In this document: piece after piece, positions 10,375 through 19,259 of the stretch | How the letters are laid out: each line of letters starts with the position of its first letter | Numbering within the stretch: position 1 is the stretch's first letter | Sequence record: SRR20825019_48 | Strand: one strand, 5' to 3' | Length of the DNA stretch: 45,073 nucleotides | Position numbers and translations under genes: made by a program | Notes under the pieces: model-generated | What the model was told of the DNA's origin: nothing | Database searches by the model: none | Seen by the model: only the letters and a program-made list of their open reading frames with translations

Positions 10375-10570
10375 ATGGGTTTCAGTTTATCAATCACATG
10401 AAGAATATTCGGTACACATCCGAAAACTAAAATTAGAATCTGAAGGAATCCCGACTTTGATCTTCGATCAGCGGGATTCTTCTTATAATGCCTTTGGCTT
10501 TGTTTTTTTACACGTACCTGCGAAACACGAGGAAAGAGCAAAGCAGGTGTTAACTGAAACGAATGAATAA
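10361..10570 (+). CDS. Small DUF2007-like (putative signal-transducing) protein
   Basis: GTG at 10361 gives 69 aa with LESEGIP..DQRDSSY..LHVP pattern; overlaps the ftsH stop and cdsA start. Confidence 0.7.
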   Translation: MKEPEWVSVYQSHEEYSVHIRKLKLESEGIPTLIFDQRDSSYNAFGFVFLHVPAKHEERAKQVLTETNE

Positions 10571-11375
10571 TCTGATTACACGAGCAATAACGGGAATTAT
10601 ATTTGTTGGAGTCTTACTCGGCTCCGTTTGGTGGAACCCCATTGCAGCAAAAATTGTCTTCGGCGTATTTTTAATCGCGGGACTCGTTGAGTTTTATCGA
10701 CTTTTTGAAGGTAACTCATCCGTTCGTCCCTCAGCTCTTTGGGGAGTTATTGCAGGAACAATAATCTACTTGATTATCCTGATGGAGACCTATCTACCCT
10801 TCACCTTTCCGAGTTCCATTGTTGTCATGTTGATCTTATCCATGTTACTGCTCAGTGAACTCTGGCGCCAACAAAAGCAACCTCTTTTAAATAGTGGAAT
10901 CCATCTTCTTTCAACTTTCTACTTAATTCTTCCTTTCATTCTTTTATCGATCCTCAGCGAGCGAAACATGTCTGGATTTCCGATTGTAGCAGGAATGCTA
11001 CTTCTTATTTGGACGAATGACACCTTTGCTTATCTCACAGGAAGAATGATCGGTAAAACCAAGTTAATGGAACGAATTTCTCCGAAGAAAACATGGGAAG
11101 GAACCATTGGGGGTATTTTCATGTCTATTTCTATCGGAATTACAATCGGATTTCTCACAGACGATGTTCTTTTTTGGATTGTTTCAGCCATCATCGTTGC
11201 TCCTTGTGCAATTTTAGGTGACCTGCTTGAATCCACCTATAAACGAAGCCTAAACATTAAAGATTCTGGAAGTATTTTACCAGGTCATGGCGGAATTTTA
11301 GATCGTTTTGACGCTACTCTGTTCACAGTTCCATTCTTTTTCGCGTGGAATTCAATTTATATGCTCTATTTTTGA
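10563..11375 (+). CDS. cdsA: Phosphatidate cytidylyltransferase
   Basis: WTNDTFAY, ISPKKTWEG, KDSGSILPGHGGILDRFD. Confidence 0.95.
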   Translation: MNNLITRAITGIIFVGVLLGSVWWNPIAAKIVFGVFLIAGLVEFYRLFEGNSSVRPSALWGVIAGTIIYLIILMETYLPFTFPSSIVVMLILSMLLLSELWRQQKQPLLNSGIHLLSTFYLILPFILLSILSERNMSGFPIVAGMLLLIWTNDTFAYLTGRMIGKTKLMERISPKKTWEGTIGGIFMSISIGITIGFLTDDVLFWIVSAIIVAPCAILGDLLESTYKRSLNIKDSGSILPGHGGILDRFDATLFTVPFFFAWNSIYMLYF

Positions 11376-11386
11376 CCAAAAAAAGC

Positions 11387-12052
11387 ATGACACTACACCG
11401 CGAAGGATATTTAATCATGATGGTAGGCCTATTGATTCTAACAGGAATTCAAATAGGAAACTTCTTTCTTTATCAATGGTTGGGATGGCTTTGGCTTTTC
11501 CTTTTGCTTTCTTTGGGAGCATTGGTAATGGCTTACCTCATCATCCAGTTTTTCAGAATTCCAGCAAGAACATGCGTTTTTGAAGAGAATGACATTATGT
11601 GTCCAGCAGATGGAAAAGTAGTGGTAATTGAAGAAGTGGAAGAAACGGAATATTTCAAGGATCGAAGAATTCAAATTTCGATTTTCATGTCACCGATGAA
11701 CGTACATGCGAACTACAATCCAATTTCTGGAATCATTAAGTACGTAAAGTATCATCCAGGATTGTTTCTTGTTGCTTGGCACCCGAAAAGCAGTACAGAA
11801 AATGAGCGTTCTACGTTCGTGATAGAACACCAAACGGGAAAAGAAGTATTGTTCCGTCAAATTGCTGGTGCTGTTGCACGAAGAATTTGCTACTATGTTG
11901 AACCAGAACAGTCGGTAAAAACGGGAGGCGAGTTCGGATTTATTAAGTTTGGATCGAGAATTGATGTCTTTTTACCGTTAGACGCTCAAATAAATGTTAA
12001 AATTGGTGATGTTGTCAAAGGCAAGCTCACTAAATTGGGTGAACTATTGTAA
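11387..12052 (+). CDS. psd: Phosphatidylserine decarboxylase proenzyme
   Basis: PADGKVV, SIFMSPMNVH, IKFGSRID cleavage motif; ATG at 11387. Confidence 0.93.
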   Translation: MTLHREGYLIMMVGLLILTGIQIGNFFLYQWLGWLWLFLLLSLGALVMAYLIIQFFRIPARTCVFEENDIMCPADGKVVVIEEVEETEYFKDRRIQISIFMSPMNVHANYNPISGIIKYVKYHPGLFLVAWHPKSSTENERSTFVIEHQTGKEVLFRQIAGAVARRICYYVEPEQSVKTGGEFGFIKFGSRIDVFLPLDAQINVKIGDVVKGKLTKLGELL

Positions 12053-12085
12053 TTTAACTATCTTAAACGTTTAAAATTAAGAACT

Positions 12086-12295
12086 ATGAAAAAAGTATTG
12101 TTTGCTTTATCGTTAGTAATGTTTGTTGGAACTGTTGGTGCTACTGCTTATGCAGCGACTACTAACACTGAAGTTTCAACTGTCAAAAAAGACGACGATA
12201 AAAAGAAAAAGAAATCTAAGAAAAAAGATAAGAAAGCATCTTGCACTAAAGGTGAAGGAGCTTCTTCTTGCTGCGCTAAGAAAAAAGACGCATAA
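12086..12295 (+). CDS. Small secreted Lys-rich, Cys-containing protein
   Basis: Signal peptide MKKVLFALSL..ATAYA, A-rich leader, strong terminator downstream. Confidence 0.75.
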   Translation: MKKVLFALSLVMFVGTVGATAYAATTNTEVSTVKKDDDKKKKKSKKKDKKASCTKGEGASSCCAKKKDA

Positions 12296-12315
12296 TAGTC
12301 TTCTTTTAACGAATT

Positions 12316-12355
12316 AAAAAAGTACCCTTCGGCTTCGCTCAGGGTACTTTTTTTT
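12316..12355 (+). terminator. Intrinsic terminator with a REP-like loop
   Basis: AAAAAAGTACCCT/AGGGTACTTTTTT stem plus T-tract; loop region CTTCGGCTTCGCTCAG. Confidence 0.85.
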
Positions 12356-12808
12356 GTCGCAATATTTTTACAGGCTCTATGCTACAAACTTTCTCTGAGT
12401 TCCTCTAGCCTATTTATTAAAATGAACGAGAGATTCCAATGACCTAACCGCAAACGTTCATACTTATGTTGATTGAGCCAATCAGGGATTGAACACACCC
12501 ATCTTGACCTGTGCGATCTACCAATTTACGTAGCCGTAATTGCCGCATTTAGTTTTGTCCCTCATCAAGACATCTTCAGACACATTTTCGAATTCCAAGT
12601 GTCGTCCTCTCTCATGGAAATTATACATTAATCAGAAATCACCTGTTAACTAAGTACAACTACTTAGCCCAGCTAGTAGTTTACACTAAAACAGTATAGT
12701 TAACCCAACTGTTTATTGCTTTTTTCTACAATTCTTCTTTAAAATTGTCTAGGACTATTATAGTCATGCTACAGTTTTAATCAGCTTAAAAAGATAAAAC
12801 ATGAACTT

Positions 12809-14197
12809 ATGAAACTAATACTACACACACCTCTGATTTTGCTGCTTTTTCCATTTTGTTCTAAGGGACAAGTGCAAAACTATGGAAACTTGAAAATGCA
12901 CCTCGGATCTGAGGTTGGGATCTACGGAAATTTTACAAACGAAGGCACATTTACGGATAATTTGGGCACATTACACGTTGTTGGCTCAGCTCCACAGGTA
13001 TTTAATGGAACCAATTTAATCCACACCAACAACCTCACAATCGACAAAGCAAGTAATTCGCTCCAGCTAGATAACGTTTTACAGGTTGCAGGAACTCTTA
13101 CTTTCACGAATGGTTCTATCCTCTCCGACCATGCAGATATTTCTACCGAATATGTTGACTTCTTAAATGACGCAACATACACAGGAGCAAATAATACAAG
13201 TCATATCGATGGAGTTGTTAGGAAAACGGGAGATGATGCGTTTGTATTTCCAACGGGGAACAGTGCCCTTTTAAGAACAGTTGCCATATCCTCTCCTGGT
13301 TCTATTACCGATCATTTTACAGCGTTTTATAGCAGTACCGATCCAGATCCATTATACAGCGTGAGTTCTCTCGATATAAACTTAGATCACGTGAGTGATT
13401 GCGAATATTGGATCTTAAATCAAACAGGAGGAAGTTCCAATGTGGAGGTTTCCTTATCATGGGCTTCAAATTCATGCGGTGTCGATAACATGTGTGACCT
13501 TTTAGTTGCGAGATGGGATGGGACACAATGGACATCGGAAGGCAATGGTGGTGTGACTGGTACATTAGTGGCAGGTACATTAGTGTCAGGAGCAAGTTGC
13601 AATACTCCAGCGGCAGTTACAAGCTTTAGTCCTTTTACACTTGGTTCGAATTCAGGCAATAACCCTTTGTATATTACCCTAGTTTCATTTGAAGCAACCG
13701 TATGCAATGACGCTGTTTGTTTAGAATGGAAAACTGCTTCAGAAGTAAATAATGATTTCTTCACCATTGAAAGATCGGTTGACGGGTCGCATTGGGAAAC
13801 TGTGAAAAAAGTTAAAGGAGCAGGAAACTCTCAATCCTTAATAACTTATACAGAGACCGATAAAGATCCATTCTTAGGATTATCTTATTATCGATTGAAA
13901 CAAACAGATTTTGATAATACTTCAACGTATTCAGCCATCGAAAAAGTTCAATTCGAAAGCAGGGTCAATAACCTTTCAATTTTCCCGAATCCAGCGTCCA
14001 AAAATGTAACGATCAAAGCTTTGAACTCTGATTTAGATCAAATAAAAATCTACAACTCAATTGGACAAGAAGTCACTTCCTTACTAGATATAACGTGTGA
14101 AAATCCTTCTACTGCAGTGATTGACATATCATCACTAACAACTGGAATTTACATGGTGAAAACGGCGCACAATTACGGTATAATTATTAAACAATAG
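12809..14197 (+). CDS. T9SS type A sorting domain-containing secreted protein
   Basis: Signal peptide; PLYITLVSF..WKTASEVNNDFFTIERS..YYRLKQTDFD module; CTD IFPNP..GIYMV. Confidence 0.88.
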   Translation: MKLILHTPLILLLFPFCSKGQVQNYGNLKMHLGSEVGIYGNFTNEGTFTDNLGTLHVVGSAPQVFNGTNLIHTNNLTIDKASNSLQLDNVLQVAGTLTFTNGSILSDHADISTEYVDFLNDATYTGANNTSHIDGVVRKTGDDAFVFPTGNSALLRTVAISSPGSITDHFTAFYSSTDPDPLYSVSSLDINLDHVSDCEYWILNQTGGSSNVEVSLSWASNSCGVDNMCDLLVARWDGTQWTSEGNGGVTGTLVAGTLVSGASCNTPAAVTSFSPFTLGSNSGNNPLYITLVSFEATVCNDAVCLEWKTASEVNNDFFTIERSVDGSHWETVKKVKGAGNSQSLITYTETDKDPFLGLSYYRLKQTDFDNTSTYSAIEKVQFESRVNNLSIFPNPASKNVTIKALNSDLDQIKIYNSIGQEVTSLLDITCENPSTAVIDISSLTTGIYMVKTAHNYGIIIKQ

Positions 14198-14260
14198 TCC
14201 TCTTCCATAGCAGATGTGGTTCTATCCAAATCACAAAACACGAATTTAAAAAAAACAAAT

Positions 14261-15676
14261 ATGAAAACTTTCTTACTCTTCGCTTCGCTCCTTGTATACA
14301 TAAATACAACTGCACAAATCAAAATTGGGAATAACCCAAATACAATTGACCCTGCGTCTATTCTTGAGATGGATGACACCGCTCGTGGCCTCTTGATTCC
14401 GAGAATGACAACAGCACAACGCGATCTTATTTCTTCACCTCCAGACGGATTAAAAATCTACAATATTGAAACTAGTACGATGGACGTTTACAGGTTCGAC
14501 CAATGGGAATCAACAGTATATAAGCACCCTAATTCCAAGGAAATTTACGTGTATTCGCTGGAAGACTTACCTGCTCCATCTGGTAGCGTAATTACCTTGA
14601 ACGCCGACATGGTTTATGTCTTTAATGATATTGTAAATATTTCACCTTACTATATCGATTTAAATGGAGCAAGTTTGAGAGGCTTGGAGCCAGCTCGAGA
14701 TGGAGTTGCTTCAAACGTTAGTGGTGCGATTCTGAGAAGCACGGATGAAACTGTCTTTTTACAAGATTTTGCTGTATTTCCACTCAGCGCATCAACGAAA
14801 GCTTACGATTTTTCAGATGCAACAGGAACAAAGTTCTGCAATCTTTTTTCGGGTAATTCTGTAATTGACAACGGTGTTCCTAGTCTAGGTGTTGGAAAAA
14901 TCAGCGGCTTCAAATCGGCGTCTATCTTCCAAAATTACTGGAGTTGTCAAGATGGTTTAAAGTTAGACGGAAACATGGGAAAATTCACCGGTGCGTTTAC
15001 TTTTATTACAAACCTTACAGCAGGATCAGGAATTGAGTTTTTGTCAACATTGGTAGCAGATGACGTTGACCTCTCCAATAATTACTTTGTTTATACCGGA
15101 CAAACAGGTGTGAAATACAACGTTGGAGCCGCCATTGATCGTGGTCGGATGACGACGAATATTTTCAGAGATGTTACATCGCCATTAGATGGATTCGACT
15201 CGTACTCGTTAGGATGGAGCATGAAACAAAACACCGATATTCCAGATTCTAGAGCCTATAGCTTTATCTATTTTAATAATAATACAACGGCGACATCTTT
15301 GCCAACCTCATATCCTAATTTTTATAAGATTGCAGGGGCAACTACAACAATTGACCAAAAGCGATTTACTACAAGTAACAATCAAATTACTTACATTGGG
15401 GATAAACCAATTGCAGCCAAAGTTTCAGTTGTGATAAGCGCAAAAGCACCAACGAACAATTCTGATTTTTCCGTTGGGTTAGGTAAAAATGGGGTTGCAT
15501 TAATTGCTCCAATCTCTTCAATGGCTCCTTCAACAAATAATCAATCATTTCAAATCATCTTAAACACCGAAGTTGAACTATCGCCTGGTGACTACCTCGA
15601 AGTTTATGTCAGTAAAAACAACACAAACACTTCGACACTTACTGTAAACGAAATGCAATTTCGAGTGACTGACTAG
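14261..15676 (+). CDS. Secreted/surface protein (IG..P..GLLIPR N-terminus, TNF/C1q-like C-terminus)
   Basis: Signal peptide from ATG 14261; QIKIGNNP..GLLIPRMTTAQRD; C-terminal LSPGDYLEVYV. Confidence 0.7.
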   Translation: MKTFLLFASLLVYINTTAQIKIGNNPNTIDPASILEMDDTARGLLIPRMTTAQRDLISSPPDGLKIYNIETSTMDVYRFDQWESTVYKHPNSKEIYVYSLEDLPAPSGSVITLNADMVYVFNDIVNISPYYIDLNGASLRGLEPARDGVASNVSGAILRSTDETVFLQDFAVFPLSASTKAYDFSDATGTKFCNLFSGNSVIDNGVPSLGVGKISGFKSASIFQNYWSCQDGLKLDGNMGKFTGAFTFITNLTAGSGIEFLSTLVADDVDLSNNYFVYTGQTGVKYNVGAAIDRGRMTTNIFRDVTSPLDGFDSYSLGWSMKQNTDIPDSRAYSFIYFNNNTTATSLPTSYPNFYKIAGATTTIDQKRFTTSNNQITYIGDKPIAAKVSVVISAKAPTNNSDFSVGLGKNGVALIAPISSMAPSTNNQSFQIILNTEVELSPGDYLEVYVSKNNTNTSTLTVNEMQFRVTD

Positions 15677-15727
15677 ATAACTTCCATACAGCTGTTCGTT
15701 CAGCATTTTAATAGCCAAGAATAAAAT

Positions 15728-15766
15728 GACTGTCAGTGTTTTCCTTTCACTGGCAGTCTTCTTTTT
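15728..15766 (+). terminator. Intrinsic terminator
   Basis: GACTGTCAGTG/CACTGGCAGTC stem followed by a T-rich tail. Confidence 0.65.
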
Positions 15767-15872
15767 ATAGGCTTAAATTCAAGTAACAAATACATCTTTT
15801 AGATTTAAACGTTTTAAAGCTTCAAAACAGGGGGGAATATTAAGACTTCCCGATGAGCACCATAAGTACCTT

Positions 15873-18038
15873 CTATTTTTTAAATTCCAAGGTTTTATTT
15901 ATCAGCTCACGTGTTTCTGCAATCTTGTAAGGTTTTCCAGTTAGCGAAATTGAAAGCTTCACTTTTTTCTTTTCTATATCAAGAAGTTGAATTTGTCCTT
16001 TCAAGTCTTCATAATCGTTATTGAAAGACCAAACGCTGAAACTCGATACGGTAATTGAAACATTAGGATCAGGTAGGATAAATGATTTATTATTTTCAAT
16101 TGCGTCCTTCACTATTTTAATCGTTATCGTCTTTGTATACTCTTCATCAATTACGTTAGGTTCATTGTAAGAATACGTATAATTGAAAATTAATGTATCT
16201 TTTTTGGAATTCAATTTGGTTGTCTCAGTCCCATATTCTTCCTCAAAATTTATAAGAAGCCTTTTTAAACTCCTGCAACTCCATTCCCAATCAATTTTGC
16301 CGTTGTATCGTGCATCTATTTCCTCCGAGTTATCAATAAGTGTCTTGCACAGTTTAATGCGTTCAAGTTTTTGAAGATCTACAAACGATTCAGGTAATTC
16401 CTTTAATTGTGTGTTTGACAAATCAATTTCCGTCAGCATTTTAAGCATCCCAAGGCTTTCTGGAACTGTTTTTAAATTAATATTTCCACTTAGGTCAAGA
16501 TCTTCGAGATTAGATAACTTGCAAACAGCACTATCTAATTCTGAGAGGTCATTGTTCGACAAATTGAGGATCTTTAACGCATTCAATTCATATAATTCGG
16601 AAGGAAGGTTTTGTAATTGGTTTCCAGCTAAATACAATTTTTCGAGCTTGCCCAATTTTCTAATACCTGTTGGCAGCGAAGTTAAGTCTCCACCCCATAA
16701 AATGAGTTCCTCAAGGTTTGATAAATCGCCGATCTCGTTGGGGAGTTCTTTAATATTACACCAGCCAAAATTAATTTTCTCAAGGTTTTTAAGTTTCCCA
16801 ATTTCTTTAGAGATTGAAATAGATTGACCCCAATTTGTTGAAAGAACGATCTCCTGTAAGTCAATTAGATTCCCTATTTCGGGAGGCAACGTAGATAATC
16901 TTGATTTCCCGAGTTCCAAGAATTTGAGATGAGTTAATTTTTCAATTTCGGGAGGTAACAGCGTATCATCGTAGTAATCGAATTGCAGTTTTATCAAATT
17001 CGTAAGTTCGGCTACATCCTGCATTGTTCGATATGACTCTGCTGAACCTGTTAATTTCAATTCTGAAAGACTTTGAAGTCTAGAAATTTCTTTTGGGATT
17101 TCGCCATATCGTTGAAAACCAAAATCCGCAGAGTTTAGCTCTGTCAAAACACTCATTTTCAATAATCCATCCGACCAATTAAAATCTTTTAAATCTCTTA
17201 ATCCTATTGAATTCAGGTCCTTCAGATGTGCAATTGCCTTTGGAAAGCTATCTATTTTAATATCATAGATTCCTAGATGTTTGAGGGTCGTAATTTGAAA
17301 TATTTCATTCGGAAATTGGGCAAAGTCATTTTGATATCCTCCCAAGTAAATTTTGTCTAAGGTCAATTGTCCGATTGTTTTTGGGAGTGATTGCAGTTTG
17401 TTCCCAAATAAAGCTAGCTCTTTCAATGACGTTAATTTATGGATGTCATTTGGAAGTGATTCTAGATTATTTGAAGTCAACTTTAGCTCCCTTAAATTTT
17501 CCAGTTCACAAATTGATTCGGGCAATTCAACAAGATCGTTGCCTGTCAATAATAATTGTGTAAGATTGGATAAAGCTCCTATTTCTTCTGGAAGTGAAGC
17601 CAATTTATTTGAACTAATGTTTAAACATTCTAAAGATTTCAGGTTTTTGATTTCAGGGGAAATCTCCGTAATATCATTAAGCGATACGATTAAACACTTC
17701 AGATTAGTCAGTAAGCCAATTTCTTTGGGAATACTCTTTAAGTCACACGCATACATTTCCAAGGTGTCCAATTTTGGTAATTGCGACAATAGTTTGAATA
17801 ATTTTGGAACGTCGAAACTTTTATGCCAACCAAAATATACTTTGTGAAGGTTCTTGCATTCACCAAGTTTAGCAGGCAATTCCTTTGATGAGCTGTATTT
17901 TGTTTGATTCCCAAGATGGATCCATTGAACGGTTTCAGGGTTTTCGAGCGCTTCGTCCAGATCTGTATAGCCCGTCACCTGTCCAAACACACCTGTCGAT
18001 ACTATAATAAATATGAGAATTAGTGAATGCCTTTTCAT
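15873..18038 (-). CDS. Secreted leucine-rich repeat protein
   Basis: Signal peptide, YTDLDEALENPETV cap, about 20 repeats of LxxLxLxxNxLxxLPxEIxxL type, unrelated C-terminal domain. Confidence 0.92.
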   Translation of the reverse strand: MKRHSLILIFIIVSTGVFGQVTGYTDLDEALENPETVQWIHLGNQTKYSSSKELPAKLGECKNLHKVYFGWHKSFDVPKLFKLLSQLPKLDTLEMYACDLKSIPKEIGLLTNLKCLIVSLNDITEISPEIKNLKSLECLNISSNKLASLPEEIGALSNLTQLLLTGNDLVELPESICELENLRELKLTSNNLESLPNDIHKLTSLKELALFGNKLQSLPKTIGQLTLDKIYLGGYQNDFAQFPNEIFQITTLKHLGIYDIKIDSFPKAIAHLKDLNSIGLRDLKDFNWSDGLLKMSVLTELNSADFGFQRYGEIPKEISRLQSLSELKLTGSAESYRTMQDVAELTNLIKLQFDYYDDTLLPPEIEKLTHLKFLELGKSRLSTLPPEIGNLIDLQEIVLSTNWGQSISISKEIGKLKNLEKINFGWCNIKELPNEIGDLSNLEELILWGGDLTSLPTGIRKLGKLEKLYLAGNQLQNLPSELYELNALKILNLSNNDLSELDSAVCKLSNLEDLDLSGNINLKTVPESLGMLKMLTEIDLSNTQLKELPESFVDLQKLERIKLCKTLIDNSEEIDARYNGKIDWEWSCRSLKRLLINFEEEYGTETTKLNSKKDTLIFNYTYSYNEPNVIDEEYTKTITIKIVKDAIENNKSFILPDPNVSITVSSFSVWSFNNDYEDLKGQIQLLDIEKKKVKLSISLTGKPYKIAETRELINKTLEFKK

Positions 18039-18075
18039 TGAACGTTTTAATCTAAAACAATCCAGAGTGGTTATT

Positions 18076-18217
18076 TGTTACTAACGGGAAAAGTATCTCA
18101 TGTTGGCGATCTTCATGAATGCAAAATGCTTACAACTCACGATCATCGGTTAGATTATCTCTCGTAAAGTACATTTTTTCTGAAAATGAGTAAGCAAAAA
18201 TCTTCTAGGTTATAACA
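18076..18217 (-). repeat. attC-like long imperfect palindrome upstream of the LRR gene
   Basis: Ends TGTTACTAAC (18076-85) and GTTATAACA (18209-17) pair with one bulged base; central CGAT-C-ATCG. Confidence 0.5.
18130..18157 (+). repeat. 28-bp direct repeat, copy 1
   Basis: TTACAACTCACGATCATCGGTTAGATTA, identical to 19202-19229. Confidence 0.95.
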
Positions 18218-18302
18218 CGAGACTTCAAGCGGAAACCTCGTGCCTAAAGCTTTGAATTGAAGAATGTAAATCACTAGTGGGCACCTAAAACCTTTTGATT
18301 TT

Positions 18303-18446
18303 CAGTTGATTACTTCTAGATCATCCGATATTTTGTGATCAAGATGCGTAATCATCTCTTTTACAGTCATTTTGTCAAGACCAAAAGGGCAGTTTTGGAA
18401 GATCAGAACAGATCAATTAGTCAAAGACTTTCTATTGAATTTCCAT
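18303..18446 (-). pseudogene. Possible decayed small gene between two attC-like elements
   Basis: Minus strand ATG GAA ATT CAA TAG.. with in-frame stops, then a shifted frame GLDKMTVKEMITHLDHKISDDLEVIN*; boundaries approximate. Confidence 0.25.
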
Positions 18447-18458
18447 AGGGTTAAAATT

Positions 18459-18541
18459 ACTTGCTACCGAAGGAAACGTGTTACAGTATGCACGATGCAG
18501 TCAAGAAACGTTGACTTCATTGATACTTCTGTGTTATGGGG
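18459..18541 (-). repeat. attC-like hairpin abutting the parE stop codon
   Basis: Minus strand TGA-CCCCATAAC right at the stop; inner stem ATGCAGTCAA/TTGACTTCAT plus AGTAT/ATACT; degenerate far end GGTAGCA. Confidence 0.45.
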
Positions 18542-18841
18542 TCATTTTTTTAATTTATTCTTCAAATCCATTCGTTCATGTAGAATTCTCGTTATTTCAA
18601 TCGATTGATCTTCCATTACTCTATAGAAAATTATATGCTTTGAGGTAATCTTTCCTTTTAAATCTGGATAAATTTCTGGATATACTTTTCCGATTTGTGG
18701 TTTCTTAGAAATTGCTGAACATGCATTAATGATAAGTCTATAATATTTGTCCGCTTGGCTTTCAGACCATGTCTCAACAGTATAACTCCAAATATCAGAT
18801 AGATCTTTTACAGCATTGTTTGTAAGCTTAAACTTTGCCAT
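18542..18841 (-). CDS. Type II toxin, RelE/ParE family
   Basis: AVKDLSDIWSYTVETWSESQADKY..HIIFYR..RILHERMD; overlaps the antitoxin gene. Confidence 0.93.
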   Translation of the reverse strand: MAKFKLTNNAVKDLSDIWSYTVETWSESQADKYYRLIINACSAISKKPQIGKVYPEIYPDLKGKITSKHIIFYRVMEDQSIEITRILHERMDLKNKLKK

Positions 18842-19082
18842 TTTTTCTCTTAGCTTTCAACATTTTCAAGTGTTCCTCTGGATCAAAGTCTTCTGCTAAA
18901 CCACTATTTACACCTTCTTCAATGGCACGGCGCAAAGCAACGATTTTCTGTTCTTCTTCTTCAAGTAGTCTCAATCCAGCACGAACAACCTCACTCGCAT
19001 TTTTGTATCGTCCTTCTCTTAAAATACCTTGAATAAATTCATCAAAGTAACTACCCAATGTTATTGACGTGTTTTTACTCAT
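18828..19082 (-). CDS. Type II antitoxin, ParD (CC2985-like RHH) family
   Basis: NTSITLG..GRYKNASEVVRAGLRLLE..LRRAIEEG. Confidence 0.93.
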   Translation of the reverse strand: MSKNTSITLGSYFDEFIQGILREGRYKNASEVVRAGLRLLEEEEQKIVALRRAIEEGVNSGLAEDFDPEEHLKMLKAKRKNGKV

Positions 19083-19102
19083 GATTATATGGTTTTTATA
19101 AA

Positions 19103-19121
19103 AATACCAAATATAGGTATT
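19103..19121 (-). promoter_or_regulatory. parDE promoter and autoregulatory operator
   Basis: Inverted repeat AATACC-N7-GGTATT overlapping the -7 element TATATTTG (19115-19108). Confidence 0.7.
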
Positions 19122-19201
19122 AAATCAAAGTATTATTTGAGTGTTTTTTTGGATGCTGGGCAATCCCTCACCCAACACTACTCTATCCGACAAACAAATA
19201 T

Positions 19202-19229
19202 TTACAACTCACGATCATCGGTTAGATTA
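19202..19229 (+). repeat. 28-bp direct repeat, copy 2
   Basis: Identical to 18130-18157; lies 30 bp beyond the xth stop. Confidence 0.95.
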
Positions 19230-19259
19230 CTCCAGAAAAAGGAGATTTCCCCTAAAAAA

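Noticed and set aside
16411-17847. Long antisense ORFs within the LRR gene
   Set aside because: Shadow frames caused by repetitive codon usage.
18372-18608. 78-aa plus-strand ORF
   Set aside because: Antisense to parE, runs through the hairpin, TTG start; likely spurious.
18130-19229. 28-bp repeat as a CRISPR array
   Set aside because: Only two copies, over 1 kb apart, with no spacer-sized intervals and no cas genes.
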